From Podarcis bocagei (lineage: Eukaryota): 64,000 nucleotides of DNA. Numbering within the stretch: position 1 is the first letter of the stretch; each line of letters starts with the position of its first letter. The stretch is taken from assembly GCA_964188305.1 (NCBI GenBank), contig OZ076885.1. One strand, written 5' to 3'. The position numbers were made by a program, and so were the translations under genes. Below are positions 26,858 to 35,901 of the stretch, in pieces. Below the pieces are notes generated by a model that was given only the letters and a program-made list of their open reading frames with translations, made no database searches and was not told the origin of the DNA.

Positions 26858-27265
26858 TGTCAGGGAACTGCCATCAGAGCATCAGGTGGTGGAGGGACTC
26901 AGGCAGGATGAAAGAGACTCAACTGCTGAAGCAGGGACCAGCAGGGGGAGGAGTGATTCTCTGAGGGAATGTGAGCAGGAGGGAGGGCTCAGGGACGCTT
27001 CCAGCGAAAATAGTGGGGAGGTATCTGAGTCTCACATAGGGAGACCCATACCTCGCAGGAAACTGTCACGCCGTGAGTCCAGGAGACGCGTTTCCGTTAA
27101 GGAACTTCTTTGCTGGAAACGCTTCCGCAGGCAGCCACTGTCGGACTCTACTAGTGACTAGAGCAGACATGTCTGAGGAGCTCCGTCACACACGGAGGTT
27201 TGTGGGGGCACACAAACTCTGAGGGAGCACGTTTTCACGCACAAGCAGCTAATCAAACCCTCACA
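26858..27265 (+). repeat. 5' LTR
   Basis: TGTCAGGG...CCCTCACA; no differences from 31920-32327 found by eye. Confidence 0.97.
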
Positions 27266-27267
27266 GC

Positions 27268-27278
27268 AGTCCGACAGT
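27268..27278 (+). promoter_or_regulatory. Self-priming primer-binding site (Tf1/sushi type)
   Basis: AGTCCGACAGT is the exact reverse complement of ACTGTCGGACT at 27137-27147; there is no TGG tRNA-type PBS. Confidence 0.8.
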
Positions 27279-27310
27279 CTTTGTACGCTGCCTGTGCAAG
27301 AGAAGGCATC

Positions 27311-28324
27311 ATGAGCGAACCAACCGGAACCGGAGGAGCAGGGGCTGGAGCTGGTCCAAGCTTGGAAGATAGATACCGAGCGTTGGAGGTTCAACTGGCC
27401 CTGCAGACGGCGAGGCTGGAGGAGAGAAGGGCTCAGGATGCAGACAAGAAGGGGAGAGCCACTCAATTCCCCAGAAAGGTACCAGGATTGGTGCAGAAAT
27501 TTGGGGGGGACCCCAAGGACTACCATGCTTTTAGGACAGAGATGCAATATGCCCTTAATGTGCAGTTCGATGAGTTCCCTGATGAGGAATCGCGAGTTGC
27601 TTTTGTAATTGGGCATCTTGAGAAAGGGGCTAGAGACTGGGTTCGACCCCTAATGGCAACGCACAATGACATACTAAAGGACACAATGAAGTTCTTTCGT
27701 GCAATGGATATCATGTTTTCCAGCGATATTGAGGAAGGGGTGGTGCGCAGACAGCTAATGGCTTGTAAGCAGGGGAGTCGATCTGTCCGTGAATATTGGA
27801 CTGAGTTTACCATGCTGATTCACAGACTGAGTTGGGATTTATCGGCGGCACCCGTTCAAATGCTATTTGAAGAAGGTCTTTCTTCGGGGGTGAAAGACGA
27901 GCTGGCACGGAGCCCCAGGGCGGAGTCTATGGATCAGCTGACCAAATCTGCGCTGACCATAGGAGCGCGGCAGGAGGCAAGAGCCTTGGAGAGGCGGGAA
28001 GGGAGAGGGGAACGTTGGAAGGAGTTCCGCATTCCAGACATTCCTGAGCCAGCTTTCCCGCCGGCAGAGCCGATGGAAATCGGAACAGCGCGCGCGCGCG
28101 CATTTTCAAAAACCAGCGAGGGAGCTAAGAAGGAGGGAAAGGGCCCCCGGAAATGCTATCTCTGCCAACAGCCAGGCCACTTTGCCAGAGTCTGCCCCCA
28201 GAGGAAGGAATGGCAAGGGATGGTGGGAGCTGTTGAGGGGGGAGAAGAAGGGGGAGAGGAGCAGGTAAAAGCCAACGCCTGGTTGCCACAATTGGGGCAC
28301 TGCAGCCAGGCCAAAGAGCAGTGA
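27311..28324 (+). CDS. gag: Gag (337 aa from the first ATG)
   Basis: N-terminal coiled coil, KFGGDP capsid motif, EPMEIG, CCHC knuckle CYLCQQPGHFARVC. Confidence 0.92.
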   Translation: MSEPTGTGGAGAGAGPSLEDRYRALEVQLALQTARLEERRAQDADKKGRATQFPRKVPGLVQKFGGDPKDYHAFRTEMQYALNVQFDEFPDEESRVAFVIGHLEKGARDWVRPLMATHNDILKDTMKFFRAMDIMFSSDIEEGVVRRQLMACKQGSRSVREYWTEFTMLIHRLSWDLSAAPVQMLFEEGLSSGVKDELARSPRAESMDQLTKSALTIGARQEARALERREGRGERWKEFRIPDIPEPAFPPAEPMEIGTARARAFSKTSEGAKKEGKGPRKCYLCQQPGHFARVCPQRKEWQGMVGAVEGGEEGGEEQVKANAWLPQLGHCSQAKEQ

Positions 28325-28332
28325 AAGTGCCC
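28264..28332 (+). promoter_or_regulatory. -1 ribosomal frameshift signal (G GTA AAA + pseudoknot)
   Basis: pol is in the -1 frame; 6-nt spacer; stem1 28277-28286/28302-28311; stem2 28295-28301/28326-28332. Confidence 0.8.
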
Positions 28333-31300
28333 GTGCCAGAAGCTCCTCGACCTGCTCTAGTGATTGAAGTGTCGCTAGAGCTGCAGAATGGGCACCCCCT
28401 AAAAATAAAGGCGCTATTGGACTCAGGCAGCTCCTGCAATTTTATGAGCAAGGAGTTTGCTGCTGAACACCAGATACAGACCATCCCTTTAAGCAACCCC
28501 CTGCAGGTGACCACGATTGATGGCAGGGAGTTGTTGGGAAGAGGAGTCCGCTTGCAGACTGTCCCAATGATAATGAGGGTGGCAAGGCACACAGAACTGA
28601 TAGCGTTTAATGTGGCCACCCTGGGAGGCGCTCCCATTATTTTGGGAATGAGCTGGCTAGCTCTACATGATCCGCTGGTTGGCTGGCATCAAAGAGTGGT
28701 GTCCTTTGGTTCAGCACATTGCCTAGAACACTGCAAAGGGGAGAAGGGTTCAGTAGGGGCCCAAGCCACCCTAGCAGGGACTGAAGTAATGGGGAAGGTG
28801 AAGGTACCACCACAGTATGCAGATCTCAGCGACGTGTTCAGTGAGAAGGAAGCTGACCAACTACCACCTCATAGACCCTTTGATTGTCAGATCAATTTAC
28901 TCCCTGGAGCACAGCTTCCCGTGGGCAAGGTGTATGCCATGTCAGACAGGGAAATGCAGGAGTTGCGAGGGTTCATTGACAAGAACCTGAAGAGAGGCTT
29001 CATCAGAGAGTCCAAAGCAGCAGGGGGGAGCCCAGTGTTCTTTGTGGACAAAAAAAATGCGGACAAGCCGAGACTTGTATGTGATTTTAGGCGGCTGAAT
29101 GCAGTGACTGAACCGGTGGCGTTCCCTATGCCCAGAATTGATGATATTTTGAACATGGTGAGGAAGGGAAAGATTTTCACAAAGCTGGATCTAAGGGGGG
29201 CGTACAACCTGATACGCATAAGGAAAGGGGATGAATGGAAAACCACCATGTTTACCCCTTTGGGGGCGTTTGAATACCTCGTTATGCCATTTGGATTACA
29301 AGCAGGCTCCGCGTGTTTTCAATCTTTTATGAACCACGTGCTGGGCCCTTTGCTCTACAAGAATTGCGTTGCCTTTCTAGATGATGTGTTGGTGTATTCT
29401 GAGAATGAGGAGCAACATGTGAGAGACGTCAGAGAAGTGTTGAGCAGACTGCAAGCCAACAGGCTGTGGGTCAAACTGGAGAAGTGTCGGTTCCATACCA
29501 AGGAGGTGGAATTCCTGGGGTACCGCCTGTCAGACAAGGGATTGGCCATGGATCCCGGCAAGGTACAGGCAGTGCTGGAATGGAAAACACCCAAAACCAA
29601 GAAGGATGTGCAGAGGTTCCTAGGGTTTGGAAACTTTTATCGTAAGTTCATCCGCAACTTCGCCCATCTGACGGCGCCCATCACTGACTGTCTCAGCAGT
29701 AAGAAGAAGTTTGTATGGACGGCGGAGGCGGAGCGAGCGTTTGAGGAACTGAAAAGGGCCTTCGCCTCTGAAGAACAACTTCTGCATGTGGATTTACGAA
29801 AGAAGCTAAGAGTGGAAACAGACGCATCTGACAGAGCCATAGGGGCGGTGCTTCTTCTGCAGCCGGGGAAGGAGGAGTCGGAGTGGCGTCCGTGTGCCTT
29901 CTTCTCGCGGAAGCTGAACAAATCCGAGAGGAACTACACGGTGTACGACCGAGAACTGCTTGCTATTCATGAGGCGTTCCGGAGATGGAGGCATCTGCTA
30001 GTTGGTGCACAACATAAAGTGCAAGTGTGCACGGACCATAAAAATCTAGAGTACTGGAGAACGGCGCGAGTGCTCAACCAAAGGCAGTTGAGATGGGCCC
30101 AAGAGTTCTCCAAATTTAACTTTGAGATTTGTTATGTGCCAGGCCCAGAGAATGTTAGGGCGGACGCTCTCTCACGCAAACCTGAATATTTGGAGGGGGA
30201 GGGAGCACCCGAAGAAACCCATATCATTCCAGAGGACCGCTGGGTGTGTGGGGCGACTTTGGTGGGGCAAAGGGAATTGGTAGAGGGTACGGTGCAGGAT
30301 GCATACGCCCAGGGGAAACTCAGGGATCTCAGAGGGGAGGAAGACAAACCCGGTGGTTTTGAGGAGAGAAATGGGGCATTGTATTATAAGGGAGCGTTAT
30401 ATATACCTGAAGGGGAATTGAGGGAGAAAGTACTCAAGCAGCTGCACGATAGCCCCACAGCAGGGCACTTTGGGCAACACAAAACCATGTGGCTGGTTAC
30501 CAGGGAATTTTGGTGGCCCAAGGTCAGGGAAGATGTGCGGGAGTATGTGAGAGGGTGTGAACAATGCCAAAGAGCCAAGGGGGAGAGGCAGGCGCCGGCT
30601 GGTTTATTAGAACCACTGCCCACACCTGAGAGACCGTGGGAAGCAGTGGCAATAGATTTCATGACTGATCTGCCAAGGTCTAGAGGGAAAACAGCCATCA
30701 TGGTTGTAGTAGACCTGTTAACTAAAATGGCCCACTTCATAGCCTGCTCACATGCGGTTACAGCAGAAGAAACCGCCAAATTGTTTGTAGAGAATGTGTT
30801 TAGGTTGCATGGCGCCCCCTTGAGGGTGGTTTCAGACCGAGGGAAACAATTTACTTCCAGGTTCTGGAGGAAGCTCATGAGCTTACTGCATGTAGAGGTT
30901 AATTTCTCGACGGCCCGTCATCCTGAAACCAACGGGCAGGCGGAAAGAGCAAATGGGGTTCTCCAACAATATTTGAGGTGTTATGTTAATGACAGGGAGA
31001 ATGATTGGGTGGAGAAGCTGGCGTTGGCAGAATTTGCCTACAACAATGCAGAGAACGTGTCCACGGGGATGAGCCCCTTTTTGGCCAATCACGGGTGCCA
31101 TCCCAGAGCCTTCCCAGGGGGGGAGGGGGAGAACTGGAGCGTTCCAGCTGCAGAACAGTTCGTGGAAGAAATGGAAGCGATCCATCGCCAGCTCCAACTC
31201 AACTTAAACAGGGCTAAGGAGGAATATAAGAGGCAAGCAGACAAAAACAGAAGGGAAGGTGAAAGCATCAGGGTGGGGGACCAGGTGTGGCTGTCTACCC

Positions 31301-32223
31301 AAGGGTTGCCATTCAAAGGAGGTTGTAAGAAATTAAGACCCAAAAGGCTGGGTCCGTTTGAAGTCATACAGCAGGTCAATCCAGTGGCTTTCAGGCTCCG
31401 GTTACCGAACCACATGAAGCTGCATCCAGTTTTTCACAGGTCGTTGCTGTCACCGTATAGAGGAGACAGTGAGGGGAGGGTCACTAGGGGACCAGCAATG
31501 GAGGAGAAGGAACACAGCTACCATGTAGCGGAGATCCTCGATTCCAGGTGGAAGGGAGATCAAGTAGAGTATTTGGTAATGTGGGAAGGGGAACCGGAGT
31601 CGGAAAACACCTGGGTTAGGGCAGAGGATGTCAATGACGAGGTTTTAATAGAGACTTTTCATCAGAGGTTCCCACGTAAACCTCAGCCTGTAGCGAGGTT
31701 CCGAAGGGAATACTTTGCCACCACCGACGAGGAAGAGGAGTTGGAGGGGTTCCCAGATTCTGAAGAGGAGGAGGATTCAGCTGGCCAGGACGACGATCGA
31801 TGGAGAGAATTGTTCGAGACGTCAGAAGATGAGGAAGATTCGTTTCGGGGTTTTAGCCCTTCACCTCCCAGGGGGGAGGAATTGGGAGGGGGTGAGGGGG
31901 GCCCTGGAGGGGAAGTGGATGTCAGGGAACTGCCATCAGAGCATCAGGTGGTGGAGGGACTCAGGCAGGATGAAAGAGACTCAACTGCTGAAGCAGGGAC
32001 CAGCAGGGGGAGGAGTGATTCTCTGAGGGAATGTGAGCAGGAGGGAGGGCTCAGGGACGCTTCCAGCGAAAATAGTGGGGAGGTATCTGAGTCTCACATA
32101 GGGAGACCCATACCTCGCAGGAAACTGTCACGCCGTGAGTCCAGGAGACGCGTTTCCGTTAAGGAACTTCTTTGCTGGAAACGCTTCCGCAGGCAGCCAC
32201 TGTCGGACTCTACTAGTGACTAG
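28264..32223 (+). CDS. pol: Pol: protease, RT, RNase H, integrase, chromodomain and extended tail (made as a Gag-Pol fusion)
   Basis: LLDSGS, MPFGL..AFLDD, VETDAS, H..H..CEQC zinc finger, D-D-E core, GPF, chromodomain YHVAEILDSR..YLVMWEG..NTW; no stop codon in more than 1300 codons. Confidence 0.96.
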   Translation, partial: GKSQRLVATIGALQPGQRAVKVPVPEAPRPALVIEVSLELQNGHPLKIKALLDSGSSCNFMSKEFAAEHQIQTIPLSNPLQVTTIDGRELLGRGVRLQTVPMIMRVARHTELIAFNVATLGGAPIILGMSWLALHDPLVGWHQRVVSFGSAHCLEHCKGEKGSVGAQATLAGTEVMGKVKVPPQYADLSDVFSEKEADQLPPHRPFDCQINLLPGAQLPVGKVYAMSDREMQELRGFIDKNLKRGFIRESKAAGGSPVFFVDKKNADKPRLVCDFRRLNAVTEPVAFPMPRIDDILNMVRKGKIFTKLDLRGAYNLIRIRKGDEWKTTMFTPLGAFEYLVMPFGLQAGSACFQSFMNHVLGPLLYKNCVAFLDDVLVYSENEEQHVRDVREVLSRLQANRLWVKLEKCRFHTKEVEFLGYRLSDKGLAMDPGKVQAVLEWKTPKTKKDVQRFLGFGNFYRKFIRNFAHLTAPITDCLSSKKKFVWTAEAERAFEELKRAFASEEQLLHVDLRKKLRVETDASDRAIGAVLLLQPGKEESEWRPCAFFSRKLNKSERNYTVYDRELLAIHEAFRRWRHLLVGAQHKVQVCTDHKNLEYWRTARVLNQRQLRWAQEFSKFNFEICYVPGPENVRADALSRKPEYLEGEGAPEETHIIPEDRWVCGATLVGQRELVEGTVQDAYAQGKLRDLRGEEDKPGGFEERNGALYYKGALYIPEGELREKVLKQLHDSPTAGHFGQHKTMWLVTREFWWPKVREDVREYVRGCEQCQRAKGERQAPAGLLEPLPTPERPWEAVAIDFMTDLPRSRGKTAIMVVVDLLTKMAHFIACSHAVTAEETAKLFVENVFRLHGAPLRVVSDRGKQFTSRFWRKLMSLLHVEVNFSTARHPETNGQAERANGVLQQYLRCYVNDRENDWVEKLALAEFAYNNAENVSTGMSPFLANHGCHPRAFPGGEGENWSVPAAEQFVEEMEAIHRQLQLNLNRAKEEYKRQADKNRREGESIRVGDQVWLSTQGLPFKGGCKKLRPKRLGPFEVIQQVNPVAFRLRLPNHMKLHPVFHRSLLSPYRGDSEGRVTRGPAMEEKEHSYHVAEILDSRWKGDQVEYLVMWEGEPESENTWVRAEDVNDEVLIETFHQRFPRKPQPVARFRREYFATTDEEEELEGFPDSEEEEDSAGQDDDRWRELFETSEDEEDSFRGFSPSPPRGEELGGGEGGPGGEVDVRELPSEHQVVEGLRQDERDSTAEAGTSRGRSDSLRECEQEGGLRDASSENSGEVSESHIGRPIPRRKLSRRESRRRVSVKELLCWKRFRRQPLSDSTSD
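31906..31919 (+). promoter_or_regulatory. Polypurine tract
   Basis: GGAGGGGAAGTGGA directly before the TG of the 3' LTR. Confidence 0.8.
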
Positions 32224-32327
32224 AGCAGACATGTCTGAGGAGCTCCGTCACACACGGAGGTTTGTGGGGGCACACAAACTCTGAGGGAGCACGTTTTCAC
32301 GCACAAGCAGCTAATCAAACCCTCACA
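31920..32327 (+). repeat. 3' LTR
   Basis: Copy of the 5' LTR, followed by the TSD CAAAC. Confidence 0.97.
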
Positions 32328-35300
32328 CAAACATATATAAAATCCAAAATAAAACCTTCACTTAAAAGGCTTATGGGGAGCGGGGGGAGTAAGATCTTCC
32401 ATAGTCACCAAGAAGATAATAGAGATGGTGCTTGTCTGATATTACTGAGAGGGCATTCTAGTGGGTAGGTAGGTGTTGCTAAAATGATTTCACAGGAAGT
32501 TTTGTGTAGAACTTTTGAAAATAGTAAATACAGCATATTTGTAGATGAAAGAGTGTGTTTTTTATTTATTTATTAAAAAATTGAGTCTTATTCGTGTTTG
32601 GATTTTCAGAGCTCTAAGGACATAATCCTGCTATGTTAACAAGCTTTTCCTCTGAAGAAACACCTTTAAGACAGTTCTTATAACTTTAGAAAAGAGCCAT
32701 TAGAACCAACCTGGCCTGCATTTATTATCAGGACCTGGGCAGTTGAGCTGTGAGGAACATTTTCAGCTGTGTCAATTGGGTTTTCGGTGAACCCCCAGCA
32801 TAGGTTAGGTAAGATTGCTATAGTCTATAGGGGTTCTAGGTTCCCTCCAGGATCTAATTCTGGTTGAGTCCCAATTTTAAGTGTTTGTAGCAGGTGTGGA
32901 ACAGTAAGGACAGATGAGAGAATTCTGTGAACTGACCATCTTGCTGTCTGCTATCTCCCTGCCTGAGCTGGTGTGAAATGGTCTCTAATTCAAGTGTTGA
33001 GGATCCTCTAAGCAATGCCAAGGCTTAGGGTGGTGGTTTATTATTTTCAGGGTGGTGGTGTTGTTGTGTTGTGATGGTGGTTAGGATTTGCTTCCCCTGA
33101 GTTATCCCAAAGCAATTTGCAATATAATAAAAACATATATAAAACAATTATATGTATAAAAACAGTTAAAGCAATTGCATATGTAAGACATTAAAAACAA
33201 CAGCATCAATTATAAATATAAAAACAGTCTCAAAAAGCAGCACATACATAAAAACAATTCAGATCCAGTACAGTTACCAACTGGGATAAAGATCTCTATT
33301 TAAAAGTATTGTTGAAAGAGCCACTGAAAAGGCAATAAGAGAAGGTGCCTGCCTGATATACAATGGCTTTAACTGCCACCCTCACAATTGTGGTTTGTTG
33401 AAACATGGCAACAGCCTATACATGTTATAGGCTACATTCCAGATTTTTTAAAAAAGATGATATGCTTCTCATATGTGCTGCATAGCATGGCAGGACAGAA
33501 TCTCAAACAAAGATATACTCTGAATTTTCTGTCTTCCAGTGTGAACAGTTCATTCAGTGCTGATGACCGTGTTGAAAATATATTATAAGCCAGTGGATCA
33601 GTTATATTTTACACTGGGTATATTTCAAAGTGGTTTACTTCTAGATTTCAACATGGTTAACTCTAAACAATAGATGGCAGGCATGGTTTACTTATTGTAC
33701 AGTGTACTTGTTTTAAGATCTCAAGTTTGACAATTTCCAACCTGTTTCTAATGTGAAAGCAATAAACCAGCCTCTATTTCTGTGTTACTTGCTAGTAGGT
33801 TCAATTTTTGTGGAACTTTTATGTAATTTAAGCAAGAGCTCAGTACAAAAATAACTTGAACGGAATCTAACATAGCGCTAAATGAACATTCCACCCGTGC
33901 AAGAATTTCTCCTTGCATGGTGGGACATTCTACCCCTCTCCTCCTCCCTACGCTGTGGAGAACATTTATGCACATGGAAACTTGCAAATTGCTCAGAAAG
34001 TGCACAGTCCTACACCCCAAATGGAGCAGGTGAGGCCCACTAAGGTCAGTGGGAACTAGTCACGAGTAAATTTGTATAGATTTTTGTAATTGTGAAAGAT
34101 CCATCAGACTTGGGATATTCATTGAGCATATTTTATAGCAAATAATCTTTGCTAGACAGATCCTGTCATTGATTGCATTGTTTGTATAGACATTGCTAAC
34201 AACATTGTGGGTATCTCTGAATGTAAATTCAACTGCACAGTCAACTTTATCCTCTCAGACCTGAGTTCTTTTCAGACTAAATCAAAGCTCTTGTAGACAA
34301 TTCTGACACCATTTTCTAACATTAAGGTAGATGCTGTGGGTCTGTACATAAATAAATATTTCTCTCATGTAGTTGACCAGCTCACTGGTAACACTGACTC
34401 ATATGCAGACTGAGAAAAATGGTTGTGTGGAATTATTTACAAAAGTGAGACATTTACGACAAAACAAAATATGGAGAACAGTTCTTCACAAGTTGTGCAT
34501 GGCTTGCCCTTACGCAGAACATGTAAATATAAAGGCCAACAGCTCTTGCCATCAGATTACTAAATCATGTCAAACTTGTCCAGGATAATCTCTTAAGAGT
34601 TTGGGTTTGCATTTGAAGTAGTAGAATTAGCACTGAAAGAACAAGGCTTTTTGGGGAGATGTAGTTGATGGATCTTTCACATAGTTGTAATCATATACAC
34701 GTTTATTTGGGACTAGGTTCATTTGAACTCTGTGGGATTATCTGGTTTGTATGTGCTGTATGAGACTATTGTGTCAGTGATCTGCAAGCTTTCATATATG
34801 CAGATATAGCTGGAACCGAAATCTTTTGATTCTAAATATAGTCTGCAAAAAACAGACCATTTTCAGGGAGCAACATATGTATGCGTCTGAAAACAATTAT
34901 CCACCCATTATATGGTTTGTCAGGTCAGCTTGATTGTGTCAGTCATCATCTCCAACTGGAGATCAGCACTACAAAGCTGATAGCACTAACTATGTGATTG
35001 TCTTTTATGCATAGTTCCAGCTCAGTAACCAAGGCAATACATATAGCTCTGGATACTGGATATAGTGAAACAGCAAGTGAAAGCCTCAGTCTTTCACATG
35101 TATACGACTCTTGCTGGGTTGAATCCATGACTTTGCTTGCACAAACGTAAGCACCACTCATGTACAGGTTGTGGGTGAGACACTCATTCCCTCACATCAT
35201 GACATTGCACACAATTTGGAAAAGCCTGACTGTCCTGGGGCAGTTTTCCAGTGGGCACAAGTGGCTGTGGGATAGGGAGACAACTCCCCGCCCCCCGGTA

Positions 35301-35370
35301 AATGAATATTGGAAGCACTTCCACTCATGTGGAGGTAAGTATTGGGTCTAAGTCTTTACGTATAGGTTTA

Positions 35371-35901
35371 TGTACTGGCCCCACCCCAGCTAAGGAAGGC
35401 ATATGTCTGATACTTAAGTCTTTATTGACAAGAGAAGCATTTACAGCATCTTCCACGGTACTCCAGGTACACATGCGCTTCTAGCCTCTAGGCAGTTGCC
35501 CACACGTCTGGGCCCTGTGGAGCGTTGCAACAACAGTGGGACCATGTACTCCACTTCCCCGCTGGCTTATATACCCTTCTCTGACGGGTTGCACACACAT
35601 AACCTGAGACATCTCCTGCATGGAAGTCGTTGTGTCTCTTCCCTCTTCAAGTTCCTCCTGTTTCTAGGAGACAATGGCATAGAGGATGGTGAGGCCTGAT
35701 CAGCCTCTTCCTCCACCTCTGGCAGGTCCTGTGTCGCCCCCTGTTCATCCCTAACAGCCGTGCTCCTCCTTCTTCCCCCTGCTCTGGTTCCTGCCTCATG
35801 AGTAGCACTGAACCGCATAATTGCTGACACCCTCTCCCAGGTCAATCTCCTCCTCCGTTGCTTTGGCCACACACTCATCAGAGCGCTGTCAGCCCTTGAC
35901 A
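35371..35901 (-). mobile_element. Probable older Gypsy solo LTR
   Basis: Minus strand starts TGTCAAGGG, has TATATAAG and then AATAAAGAC, and ends GTACA; flanks GTTTA/GAATA are only a 3/5 TSD match, so the left boundary is uncertain. Confidence 0.55.

Larger units (their letters stand above)
26858..32327 (+). mobile_element. Full-length intact Ty3/Gypsy chromovirus LTR retrotransposon (sushi/PEG10-like)
   Basis: Two 408-bp TG...CA LTRs, 5-bp TSD CAAAC (26853-26857, 32328-32332), gag, pol (PR-RT-RH-IN-chromodomain), PPT. Confidence 0.98.

Noticed and set aside
26886-27161. Stand-alone 91-aa gene in the 5' LTR
   Set aside because: It is the LTR copy of the pol tail, has no ATG and lies upstream of the predicted transcription start.
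27200-27310. 374-aa Gag starting inside the LTR
   Set aside because: The start is a TTG in U5; the first ATG at 27311 is the more plausible start.
27249-27314. Cryptic acceptor (CTAAT..CACAG/CAG) making a PHF21A-Gag fusion
   Set aside because: Weak pyrimidine tract. Splicing from the phase-0 donor is out of frame with gag and stops after about 15 codons.
27158-31415. Antisense ORFs within the Gypsy element, or an env gene
   Set aside because: These are shadows of the gag/pol codon structure with no motifs. There is no room and no signal-peptide/TM ORF for env.
34946-35360. Nearly open minus-strand frame suggesting a pseudogene or viral relic
   Set aside because: No recognisable motif, an in-frame stop, and compatible with chance.
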